This document shows, one piece after another, positions 41,204 to 52,062 of a stretch of DNA of 64,000 nt; within the stretch, counting starts at the first letter, position 1; each line of letters opens with the position of its first letter. The stretch is taken from positions 62,001 to 126,000 of the forward strand of contig NW_003314428.1 of assembly GCF_000143415.4 (NCBI RefSeq), given 5' to 3'. The translations under genes and the position numbers were made by a program. Below the pieces are notes generated by a model, which was given only the letters and a program-made list of their open reading frames with translations, did no database searches and was not told the origin of the DNA. The DNA is from Selaginella moellendorffii. Its lineage: Eukaryota; Plantae; Lycopodiophyta.

Positions 41204-44200
41204 ATGGTAAGTCTTTTAGGCCAAGTAGAAAATGGCATGAGGCCACATGCCATTCAGTAGCAACATTGGCATGCACCGATTGGGCTCTCGAGTGCAGTCC
41301 GGTTACAGATGGCGTGTAGCCTCACGCCATCTTAGGATGCAGCCTCAAGACATCTGATGCAGTGGTGAATGGCGTGTGGCCTTACGTTATTTCCAGCTGC
41401 TAGCTTTTCATCTGTCAGCTCTAATTGTTGTGCATTTCTGAACAGGCGAGGAATTGCGTTCTTCTTCCAGCCACTGTCAATGTGGATGCAGAGAAGGGGG
41501 AGGAGCTCACCAGTTGGACTTTCGGGATGGAAGGCGAGGATCTGATGCTGTACAACACAGATGGTGGGAGAAAAGAATGCATGGGGATCCTCATCCAAGT
41601 GACAGACACTCCATGCAGTTCCATGCAAGAATATGGACTGGCACTTGTGGTAGAGACAGCGTCCGCCTTCAAGATCCACCTTGCACATCCTAGCGGCTTC
41701 CCGGAGGGGGGCAGCGGCTATAAGGAATTCCTAGAGGGAGCTAGGGAGAGGTTGTCCAGGAGGCCCACAATTTCAAAGACGCTGCGGGTCTATGAAGATC
41801 ACATGGAATCCACGGACCTCACCTACGGCGATGTTCAAAAACTATATTCCAACATTGAGCCGTTGAGAGTGCCTCCAGTTCGCGAAGCAAAGGGGAAGGG
41901 GGTCGATCTGGAAATTACCCCGAAGCAGAAAAGGGTGGTCAAGCTCAAGCCGACGTCCGACTCTCCTGCTCCAAAAAAGAAGCTACTCGGTGATGCCATT
42001 GCCTCGGGTTCGAACACTACACCCACCAAAAAGAAGAGCCGCAAAGAGCAGAAAGAGCAAGAAGAGGTAGCAAAAATCGTCGCAAATAATAGTACTTGTT
42101 ACTATTCCAACAAAGTATATACAATCGACGTGAGCCGTATCGACATCCAAAGCAAATACAACCACAGGCTAGTATCTGATGAGTGGGTGGAGAAACTGAA
42201 GCAGAAGATGCTGGCAAGTCCAGTAACACCCGACATCGCAGACGTGATCCCCTACTACCGAACAATGAAGGGCGAGACGAGGTTTCCAGACTTGATCAAT
42301 AGGAAGGTGTTGGACGATCAGAACATCCGGTTCTATGCCGTCTCTGGGCAGCATTCTAGCTTGGCGATGCAACAGATAGTTGTGGATATTATGGTGGGCG
42401 AGGAGGTGAAGAAAGTCTTCAAGACAAGAGTTGTCCGCCTGATAAAAGGCAACTCGCCCCTCCGATCTATCATATACATCTCCCATGCGCAGAATGTCAA
42501 GCAAGAAACGTGCTACAAATCGGGTCTGCACGAGACATTGGCACGAACACGGAAGCTCTGGGTTCAACTGAAGAAGCCACAAAAACCAGGACATGGACGT
42601 GCACTAGCGGCTAGCGCCTGGCAGGTAAGCCTCGTTGCATGTGGCATAACATGTGGCCTCACGCCATTTCCATTGCAGGAATTCTTGAGTCTTCTCTCGA
42701 AAACACTGGGGGTCAATGACACACTCAGCATCCATAACATTCTACTCGCGACAAAAGTTGTTTTTGACAAATGGGTAGATGTGCTGAGGAGGTACCATGA
42801 CGGGGAGTTGCTAAACTCAATGGGTGTGGAGGACGGCCGGAAGCCCAATGATTTGAAGCTCAATGCCTTGCGTTTCTCGCGGTCTCTAGACGACGACGAC
42901 CTTCTGACAGTGGCTAATGCTCTTCTACGTGGTGAGGTAGTCTTCAACAAGACCAAAATGACTCCCGGCCATATTGTGACATACGAGGACTTGTGCACGA
43001 CTCTGAGAGCTCGTGCGCTATTGAAGGATTGGATCTTCGAGCAAGTGGCCGTGGAGAGGGTGAGCATCAACACCACGCAAAAGATGATGGAAGAGCTGGA
43101 GTTGTCAAATGAAGACATCGACGACTACGTGAAGGGGGCCCCCAAGTTCATCGATCTGCTGCGGGATGCCACGAAAAGTAAAAGCTGAGAAGTTGGATCA
43201 GTATCCAAATTTCATTAAGAGGGATGTCAACCGCCGGCTTCAGAAACAGCTCGACCCCGCAGCAGAGGCCTATCGAGAACCTTACCGGGTATACGTGAAT
43301 TCGGATGAGGATCAAAGGTGGAGGAGCATCGTTTCCAGCGGAGATGAGCAGGTCAAGAACATCTTTTGTGTGATGGACTTCACAAACGAGGAGATCACTC
43401 ATGCAGACGAAGTCAGCTCCATCATTGACTTAATGGTGGGACTTGCGAAGGTGGAATCTTCAGTCCACTATATGATTTACGACTCCGAATCTTATCACAA
43501 GTTCTGGAAGGCCTTGAACGAGGTGAAGGCTCGGTTGAAAGGCAAGGAGATGCGGGAGATCCATGGGATAATGGCTAAGAAGAAGATACTGACGAATGTC
43601 CGCATCTTCACACTCGCCCTTGTTATTGGTCCTGCAGCAGAGTGGGACTGGAGTGACTTCCCAGCTTCGTTCAACAAGGCCGATCGAATTGATCTGAGGG
43701 AGGTCAATTTACCCGTGCCTGAGGAACTGAAGACGGCTATGGAGCTTTCGAATCCAAAGAAAGCTCCAGGTGCAGCATGGGAAATGCTCAGCTGGGTCTT
43801 CAACGCAATAGCGGGTGACTCCAAGGGCAAATGCGTTGTCGAGTACAACTACGGCGGACTATTCTTTCAATCCGCACTACTCAAGGGTGTCCCGTGTGTT
43901 GCGGTGACAAACTCCATTGAAGAGGTGACTTGAATGGAGCATATAATTACAGTTGCCAAAGAAAAACAGTATCTTCTCTACGAACCTGGTGAGTACGCAC
44001 TTTAAGTTTAAATGTTATCTCACAAGCTCTGTATGCAGGAGCGTGGCCACCCCCAGATGCTGAAACGGCGTTAACAGCTACTGATGTTAGGCCGAGCTCA
44101 CAACCTGCACAAGGTAAGGTCACGTGAGGCCTCACGCCATTTTGATTATAGATCGTTGTGAATATTCAGACACGAGGACTGAAAAGCGCACTGGTGGCGC

Positions 44201-45128
44201 GTCGAAGAAGGACAAACAGACAAGCAATAGGAAAAAAGGAGGTACAAATTATATTTGTAATGGCGTGTGGTCTCATGCCATTCCTTGCAGGAGACACTTC
44301 TTCAAAGGCAAAACAGGCAAGCACCAGCCAAGCTCAAACTGACAGTGGTCATAAAAAGCGAAAGCACGTTGGACAGTCGTCGGGATCAGAGGCGTTTGAT
44401 TCGAAAAGGAAGAAGGGCAACGAAAAGATGATAGGTAATGCCTCGCGGTTATGGCGTGTGTGCTCATGCCATTCATTGCAGATCAAGGGCTGAGTGAAAG
44501 GAGCCAGTCACCACCTCCTGACTCAGATTCCTATGGCGGACTCCCCTTCCCCAATCTCAATGGAGAGGTACAATGGATGAGGGATGCTTTTCAAGTCAGG
44601 GCCACATTTTTCTCATCTCGTCGTCTTCGAAGGGTGCAAGAACGTGCAGAAACCATGTTAAGACAGTCGGGTGAGGATACGGTCCTAGGTCAAGCTCTAA
44701 AACAGGCTATGGATGTCTTATATTTTGAGATGGAGACTCGGCCAGATGATTTTCCCAAGATGGTCCTGGAAAAACAAGCCATCCAGCCTGAGCAGCCTAT
44801 GGAAGAAATGCAGGAGGGGGATGAGGAGCCAGAGAAAGATAATGAGCAGGAAGAGCAGAAGGACGAAGAGGAGGACAAAGAAGAGGAGGACGAAGAAGAG
44901 GAGGACAAAGAAGAGGAGGACGAAGAGGACTTGGATGGTCCTCACAATGGTGACGATCACAATAACGACGATGACGATGATGACGACGATGGCCAGCCTG
45001 AGGTGGCCAAAGAGCAGCGGAGGAAGGTTATACAAGACAAACCATCAGGTAAATAATAGTACATCCATTCCTAACCTTTTACCATTTCTAACATTGTCCA
45101 TGTAGGTCGCAGAAGAAATGGTAAGTAG
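41204..45128 (+). pseudogene. Multi-exon cargo gene: ParB/Srx (DGQHR-like) domain, helical region, possible degenerate N6/N4-MTase-like domain, acidic tail; one frameshift
   Basis: ATG|GTAAG at 41204; intron 41207-41445; in-frame intron 42625-42678; frameshift at ~43175 joining ORFs 41425-43188 and 43166-43933; further GT-AG introns starting ~43925, 43989, 44114, 44242, 44435 and 45049 that keep the frame. Motifs YTIDVSRIDI..NHRLVSDEWVEKLKQKM and FYAVSGQHSSLAM. Confidence 0.75.
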
Positions 45129-45347
45129 AGATTATTCAGTTGAATTAAGATACAAACTCTAGCCTTTAGTGTCGAGGAAGGATAGTGCCAAGCAAGGGTC
45201 GAAACGTATGTCCAATCCTTCAGAATCAGCAGTGCGCCCAATAGCAATTGATGGTAAATACAGTATAGTCGATTCAATGTGCTAATGAGTTTGTTTTTAG
45301 TAGCCAGTAGGGAGGATACCATCTCAATCGAAGGGAGATATTTGGAC

Positions 45348-46798
45348 ATGCATATAGATCCGCCAGTGGACTCTACTTGCCTGCAAGAGTCATTAGAGCT
45401 AGTGGAGGCTACTATCCATATCAACGCCAAGCAAGCTGACCACGCTCCACTTGATGCTGCCCATACCACTGAGTCAATCTTGTCCACGTATCCAACTGAC
45501 GGTGACTAGGCGCCATTGGACCTGCATGAGGCCGCCCCAGCCGCCAAGCCGGTCGTATCCTCATTTCCAACGGACTCAACGTGTGCCCAATCGTCTGACT
45601 ACGCGCCGTTGGAACCTCCCTACACCGCCCCTGCTGCCTGTTCGGTCATGTCCACTTTGCCAATGGAGGCACCAGCTGAAATGGCGTGTGATCACACGCC
45701 ATCGGAACCACCCCATGCCACTGTTGAGCCAGTTGTACCAGAGTCTACAGCTGAAATGGCATGTGCCCACACGCCATCGGATGCGATTGACCCCACATTG
45801 CAGAGGAGAGTATTTCCGCCCTTCACGTTTCCTCGACCAAAACCCTCTAAACGACCATCGGGAGCACCATTCGCTAATATTGTAGATGGTAAAATTGACT
45901 TGTACCATTTTTTATGCTGACGCATTTCATTTCAGAGTCACGGCGAAAGTACTGTATCATTTTTGATCTGAACGGTGTCCTTTTCTCCCATGAGCGTGGC
46001 TCGTCCTCGAATGTCACTGCACCCTCCAAAGCATGCGGTCGCAAGTTGGTCAAAAGAGACAGATTCACATTAATCACACGGGAGAAACTGTAGGATCTAA
46101 TAATGACCATGCAACACTTAAAACAGAGGGCCGGGTTCAATTTGCAATTGGGAGTTTGGACATCCATGATGCGCCACAATGCATTAACGTTGCTACAGAT
46201 GATGCACGATCAGACGCGAGTAATATTACCATTTGACTTTCTCCTAACGCAGGAGGATTGCTTGACTATGGTCCATGTGAGGGGTAGCAAGCCCATCTTC
46301 GTCAAGCCAGAGGCTGTAGTGATGAACCGGACTGCTAGGTCAAGTGAAATCCTCATCATCGATGACTCGCCGATTAAAACTGCAGCGAACACGCACACAT
46401 ATGTAGTGCACCCCATCTCTTGCAGTATGGAAACTAGGGAGAAGAAACCATATGTTCTGGGGGACCTTGCAAAACGGCTTGAAGCGATGGTGATAGAGAA
46501 CCGGCCAGTCCAGGAGGTGGCTGCAGAAATCAACCAAATGGCAGATGGAACGGTATATCAGAAGCCATTTGATCGGACAGACACCAATCATCATTTATGG
46601 CATGTATATTGTCTAGCCAAGCACTATTCGCATCTCCATAATCTGCTCAACTGGATGGGTTCTTCGACCACTAAACATGAGCGTGGACGTATTAGAGAAG
46701 AGATGGCATTACTATTGGGTTTAAATCCTGATAGTGTGGAGAGTGATAAAATTCCAAGATTATTGTATAGGCGTTGGAGGCAAAAAATAACAGTCTGA
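45348..46798 (+). pseudogene. FCP1/SCP (NIF-family) HAD phosphatase-like cargo gene with two premature TAG codons
   Basis: After the intron at ~45889-45934: KYCIIFDLNGVLFS (HAD motif I variant), LGVWTSMMRHNA (motif II) and ILIIDDSPIK (motif IV). In-frame TAG at 45507-45509 and 46091-46093. Confidence 0.8.
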
Positions 46799-47216
46799 GA
46801 TGGCATGTATTTATTTAAAAATGTAACTTATTATGGCATGGGGTTCCATGCCATTGTATTAATATTAAAAGACAATTCTTTGAGAGGATTTGCATTATAC
46901 TATAAGTGTTACAGCATGTTATTGGAAGTCTACAAAGTTGTTTTATTAATAAAGGGAAAGTAAAGATTGAATGGGGACTTGGGCTCCACTTAGACTCGGA
47001 GCAACTGAGCCAATATTAAAAGGATGGAAAGAAATTGGATGACGATAATAAGGAGAAGAGAGAGGTGAAGCAGTGGCAGGGGGAGGAGAAGTGATTGAGT
47101 AGACATTTCCTTATTTAAAATAAAATGGCATGTGCCTCAATGCAGTTGAATTTTGTTATATTTATATACTATATAAAGGTTTGGAAACCTTATTTTACAA
47201 GTGGGATAATGACAAT

Positions 47217-47240
47217 TCCCACTTTAACGAAATAGAGCTT
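47217..47240 (-). repeat. Right terminal inverted repeat
   Basis: TCCCACTTTAACGAAATAGAGCTT followed by TSD AGGA. Confidence 0.95.
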
Positions 47241-49912
47241 AGGACTTGGCAGTTTGGAGGAATTAAGTTCCTAAGCTATAATGTAATTTGGGTATAAATT
47301 GGTGCATTGGCGTGAGGAGTCATCCCAAGCATCCTAGGTGATGCTGTCCATAGATGCATATATGGAGATTGGGTTTGAGTCCCAACCTTCTAGTGTTTGG
47401 GTTTGAGTCCTAACTCACTAGGGCATGATGATGGTTTGGAATATGAGAACACTCATTTTTTGGTGGTCATGGACTCTCAATAAAGAGACTACCTTGGGCC
47501 CACCACCAAGCGGGGGATGCCCTTCTTTATTATTTACCATGCACTTTTTTAAAAGTTAAATGACAAAGTTGAAAAGTTGTTTTCCTTTCAGAGCCATGAT
47601 GTACAACTAGATTGCTTAGTGTGAAAGCTCGGCATATCTTACTTGAACAATTTGGTGCAAGTGGCACTAAGAACGTGGTGAATGAATTGGGGACATCTAA
47701 TCACAATTGCTATGGACGGGTTAACTTGGGCGCACCACCAAATGTGGTGGATGCCCCTAGGTTCATGGTCAACAACTTAAAGGTCTGGAAGATTTAGTAC
47801 ATATTGGCAAACTTGTTAAGGTGTCAAAGTGAGATCATTAGATGATCTTGTGGCTAAATAAGGACAAAGTCTTTGTTTGGTTAAGGAATAAGATTCCTAG
47901 TTCAAAGTGCTAATTTGAACTATTAGTAATGGTGTGACTTGGTCAAAATGACTAAGTGGGAAGGACACCTAAGAGAAATTAGCTATATCAATATGCTAGC
48001 ATAGTGAATCCAAGAAAGTAGTCTCTAGGAAAGACCATGGGAGGGTTACAAAGTTGGGCTATAGATAAAGCCCACAACAGAAAATGCTAAAGAAACTTAC
48101 TAAGGGTGAACACCTTTTGGATTTCGCAAAGTAAAGCTTTTGCTATGGAACCAAAAGAATACCTCAAAGATCGAGGTAGTGATCCTCTATTGCTTAATGC
48201 AATAATTAAGGGATAAAAGCAAAAGGCTAGTGGCTAAGATTGGGGCATAAAAATCATTAGAAAGAATCTAAACAGTAAAGTTAAGCAAGGAACACTCAAA
48301 TGTTGGATGCTAACTAATATTGGGAAAGGAAATATGATTTTAATAGATTCCCAAATACTCTAATTTGGCAAAGGTGAAAGTTCCAAGGGAGGGAGTGGCA
48401 AGGAAGCCAAATAGTAGGGCTGTGGACAGCCCTAGCATAAATTAAAGATAAATGGAACTTAGTGGCTAAAGTGGCACAAAATAGAAGAGAAGATGATGGT
48501 GCCCTTAAGTAAAGAATTTTTTAGGATGGGGAAGTGGAATTTCCACAACATGTGCAATGCAAGGTGTTGGAGACACATAGAAAATTGACTTTGAGAAGTT
48601 AAAATTAAAAGTTCCAAAGTGTGATGGTTATATTGTTAAAAGCTGAGACTACTCGGGAATGAGTAGTTGGATTGAGATAGAGAAAGTGTCTCTAACGGGT
48701 TTAGCGAGAACTAAACCAAATAAAGGGAGAGAACCACCACAAGTGGTTTATTAAATCTCTAAGTTAGAAAGACTATGCTCCTTGGATAATGAGTAAGGCA
48801 TGGTGAGCCTTTAGTGTCAAACCGTTGACGAATATTGACTTGATGCTAAGGATGAAAAGAGTAATATATAATAGTGCTACTTTATAAAATGGTTTATCAT
48901 TTGATGAGGACATCAAACTTTATTTATGGGTGGTGGAGTTGTGAGACACAAATCCCTAAGCCCCAAAGTGGAGCCGAATGGGTGCCACGTGGTAGTGGTT
49001 GAAATAAAAGCCAAACAAGCGTAACACATTTGGACTAAAATCTCTGATGTGAAAAGGCAAGAGTGGGAGTGGAACTCCCAACAAAGTGCTCAAGGACCAA
49101 GTATGAAATAAGCAATGAGTGAGTCTCTAGAAAAGGGACACAAGAGGACCAACACATGACACGTGGAAGTGTCGAGATGGACCTGAGATGGAGTCTCAGG
49201 TGGACCTGAGATAGAGTCTGAGGTGGACCTGAGATGGAGTCTGAGATGGAGTCTGAGGTGGACCTGAGATGGAGTTTGAGATGGAATCTGAGATGGACAT
49301 AAGATGGAACCAACTGAGTCTGAGAGTCCGAGTTCGAGTTCAAGCCCAAGTCCAAGTCCGAGTCTAAATACTAATACAGGCTATAGGTGATGTTGGATCA
49401 CCGATGTGACAAAGGTGAATGGGCATGGCCTTAGTGTAATGGGTTGATATATTGATGGTACCTTTGGGTGTTGGTCATGGGATCAGACACGTAGAGCTTT
49501 TGGACTAAATGCAAAGGTTGAGTGGCACGGATGCCATTCTCGGGGTTAGCAAGTCTCTAAATTGAGAATAAGACTTATGGAGGTTGTGAGAGAGACTCCT
49601 CCAAGTGGTCGAAGGTATGACTAAAGTTGAATGAAAAATTTAGTTGCTTACAGTATAGAGCCCTGAGTTTGTTGACCACATGCAAACCAGCCAGTTCTCG
49701 CCTCTCTAGGATGATCCTTTGACAGTAGATAGTATGCAATGCCAGCTCAATCCAGGCCATTGGATTTGAAGACATTGCAGCCAATTCTTGGGGATCTTCC
49801 CCATTCACAAGAACAAAAAATGGAGGCTGAAGTGGAATCCAGAAAAGCTAACCTTCCATATACCAACTTATAGCATGGCAGGAGAGTCCCACAGCCAAGT
49901 CATGACACAGAG

Positions 49913-50075
<163 letters not shown>

Positions 50076-50706
50076 AGCTCACAATTTGCCCTATTGCCCT
50101 AAAAACTTTCACTTGAATTGGAGCATCATCAAAAAATGAAGTGTTGCCACCTTTTGGCATATGATCTATGCTCTATTTGAAGTTTTTGAATTTCAACCAT
50201 TAGATTGTATATAATCACAAATAATATTCTCAAAATGGAATAAAAGATGCCAGATGCCATATGCTAATAGCACTTTTAAATAAGGGAGTATGATGATGAT
50301 GAGTATGATGATTAAATTAAAAGCATATTCCTAGATAATATTCTTAAAAGGAATATGTGATGCTTAGATGCCAGATGTGAAAGTACTAGCAAGGATCCCA
50401 GCTCGACTAGGATAGTTAGATGGTAATCTTAAAAAGGGAACAATTTAATAGAACTCGCTTAAGCTCTTCAATATGTAACAGGCATTCGGATTGTTTATTT
50501 TGGCTTTTTCTGTGATTGCAACCAAACACTATTTCTTAAATGGTTTACTTGAATAGAATAATACAAGTATGGACTTAGAGCTTAAAAGGATATTCAACAT
50601 ATGATGAGGTGGCTTAATTATAATCCTCAACTATCACCATCATCTATATATCATCTGGGAATTTTAGAGATAAGAGCAAGTTTGTGAGATGGAAACTACA
50701 GGCATT

Positions 50707-51250
50707 TCTAGTGTATGTGATCATAGGATAAAATTTAAATATACTAGAACCTTGGGGGATAAATAAATAAAATAGCCACTAAGAGCTCTCTTATCAAGCA
50801 ATTGCCTCTTTTTTAATTGGTTTAAGGGGGGGAGAGAGAGATAGGGTGCATTACATGTGGTATCAGAGGAAATGGCATGAGTTAGATTCCTATTGATTAG
50901 TGACTACTTAAAATATAATATACATATTCTTACCCCTAAAATTAAAATCATATGTGTTGAGTATCTATAACATCTTTCATCTTGTAGGGCATCCACAGAT
51001 GAAGGTATCTATCGTAGGACTGTAGTACAGGTGGATGACTAGTTAACTCTTAGTAAAGGTTGCTACTCAATAGTCAATGAAAACATTTGTAACACGTATG
51101 ATCATGGGATGAGATTTGGATATACTATCACTATGAATCTTTGAAATCTTGGGGGATAAATGGGGATAAAATAGCCACTAAGGGCTCTCTCATCAAGCAA
51201 TTATCTCTTTTCAAGTTGGTTTAAGGGGAGAGAGATAGGGTGTTGTTATA
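50707..51250 (+). mobile_element. TRIM (terminal-repeat retrotransposon in miniature)
   Basis: ~150-165-bp LTRs at 50707-50855 and 51088-51250; PBS TGGTATCAGAG at 50858-50868; TSD GCATT/GTATT; related LTR copies antisense at ~54525-54604 and 55131-55293. Confidence 0.75.
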
Positions 51251-51699
51251 GTATTTCTTCTAAAACTTTGCTGGTAATGAATAGTTGGTTTTGAATTTGC
51301 AAGCATTGTGCAACTAAGTATAAATGACTGTATTTACTAGTGGACTATCTATTGAGTTTATGGTGAATGCATGTAATATTTGTTTTGAATAAATGTTTGA
51401 AAAATAATGTTTGGTTTCACTATAACATGCTGAATTCTAATATTGATAATGCATTTGTCATTTATTTGTACATTTGAAATCACATGCTATTATTCTTTCT
51501 CTTTTTTTTTGTTTATACATCCTAACATTCCTATCTTGCTATAGATAATTATCAAATAGAGTTGATGTATGCTAGAAGGTGTGTTTTATTTTTTTTAGAA
51601 GTTTCATGTAACTACAAAATACACAAATAAATATCAAGAATATGGTAAAATATTAGAATGGAATCCTTATACCTTAGGTGTCAAGATCGAGTATGTAGA

Positions 51700-52062
51700 A
51701 CCTAAGCTTCTACATGTCTTGGTATTTTTCAAGCTTCTTGAAATTAAACATCTTCAAGCAGATACTATTGATGTGTAGTGAGAATGCAGGATAGTTCTCA
51801 TCTTGCATTATAGCAAGTTTCTTTGCAGCCTCTCGAAATGCAATGGCCCAAACTAACTGCTGCTATCCTTGATGTACATATTTAGAGCATACTTGAACTC
51901 TACATTGGCAGAATCAATATTGCAATAATTATAGAACCAGCCATCTACTGTTTGGGTAGTTTTCTTGCCACATTCATTGATATTGATGCATGCACTATAG
52001 CAAAACTCATCTGTCTTCATTTCCTTCATAGTAGCTATCACTATAAATAGAGGAACTTTCAA
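51700..52062 (-). pseudogene. Helitron-borne RPA70 (Rep_fac-A_C) fragment
   Basis: IATMKEMKTDEFCYSAC..ECGKK..DGWFYNYCN..FKYALNMYIKD then WAIAFREAAKKL, like the RPA1 C-terminal Zn-ribbon OB fold. Confidence 0.75.

Larger units (their letters stand above)
33834..47240. mobile_element. 13.4-kb cut-and-paste DNA transposon, Sola-like, with cargo genes
   Basis: 24-bp TIRs A(T/A)GCTCTATTTCGTTAAAGTGGGA (33834-33857 and 47217-47240). The 4-bp TSD AGGA is confirmed by the empty site GAGAGGACTTGG in the family A copy near 1653-1665. Transposase motifs are Sola/DUF7869 type. Confidence 0.9.
26928..49652 (+). mobile_element. Old family A LTR retrotransposon hosting three nested insertions
   Basis: 5' LTR 26928-30423 (interrupted); PBS TGGTATCAGAGC at 30427-30438; PPT to 48939; internally deleted 3' LTR 48940-49652; perfect TSD GTATA (26923-26927, 49653-49657). 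The internal region is colinear with the reverse complement of 8-4071, with heavy C>T/G>A decay. Confidence 0.93.

Noticed and set aside
35635-46093. Alternative genetic code (TAG = Gln) in the transposon
   Set aside because: Frameshifts coexist, and CAG>TAG is the expected product of CHG methylation decay.
34060-47146. Palindromic repeats read as a CRISPR-like array
   Set aside because: Spacing is irregular (tens of bp to ~1.8 kb), there are no uniform spacers and no cas genes, and the context is eukaryotic.
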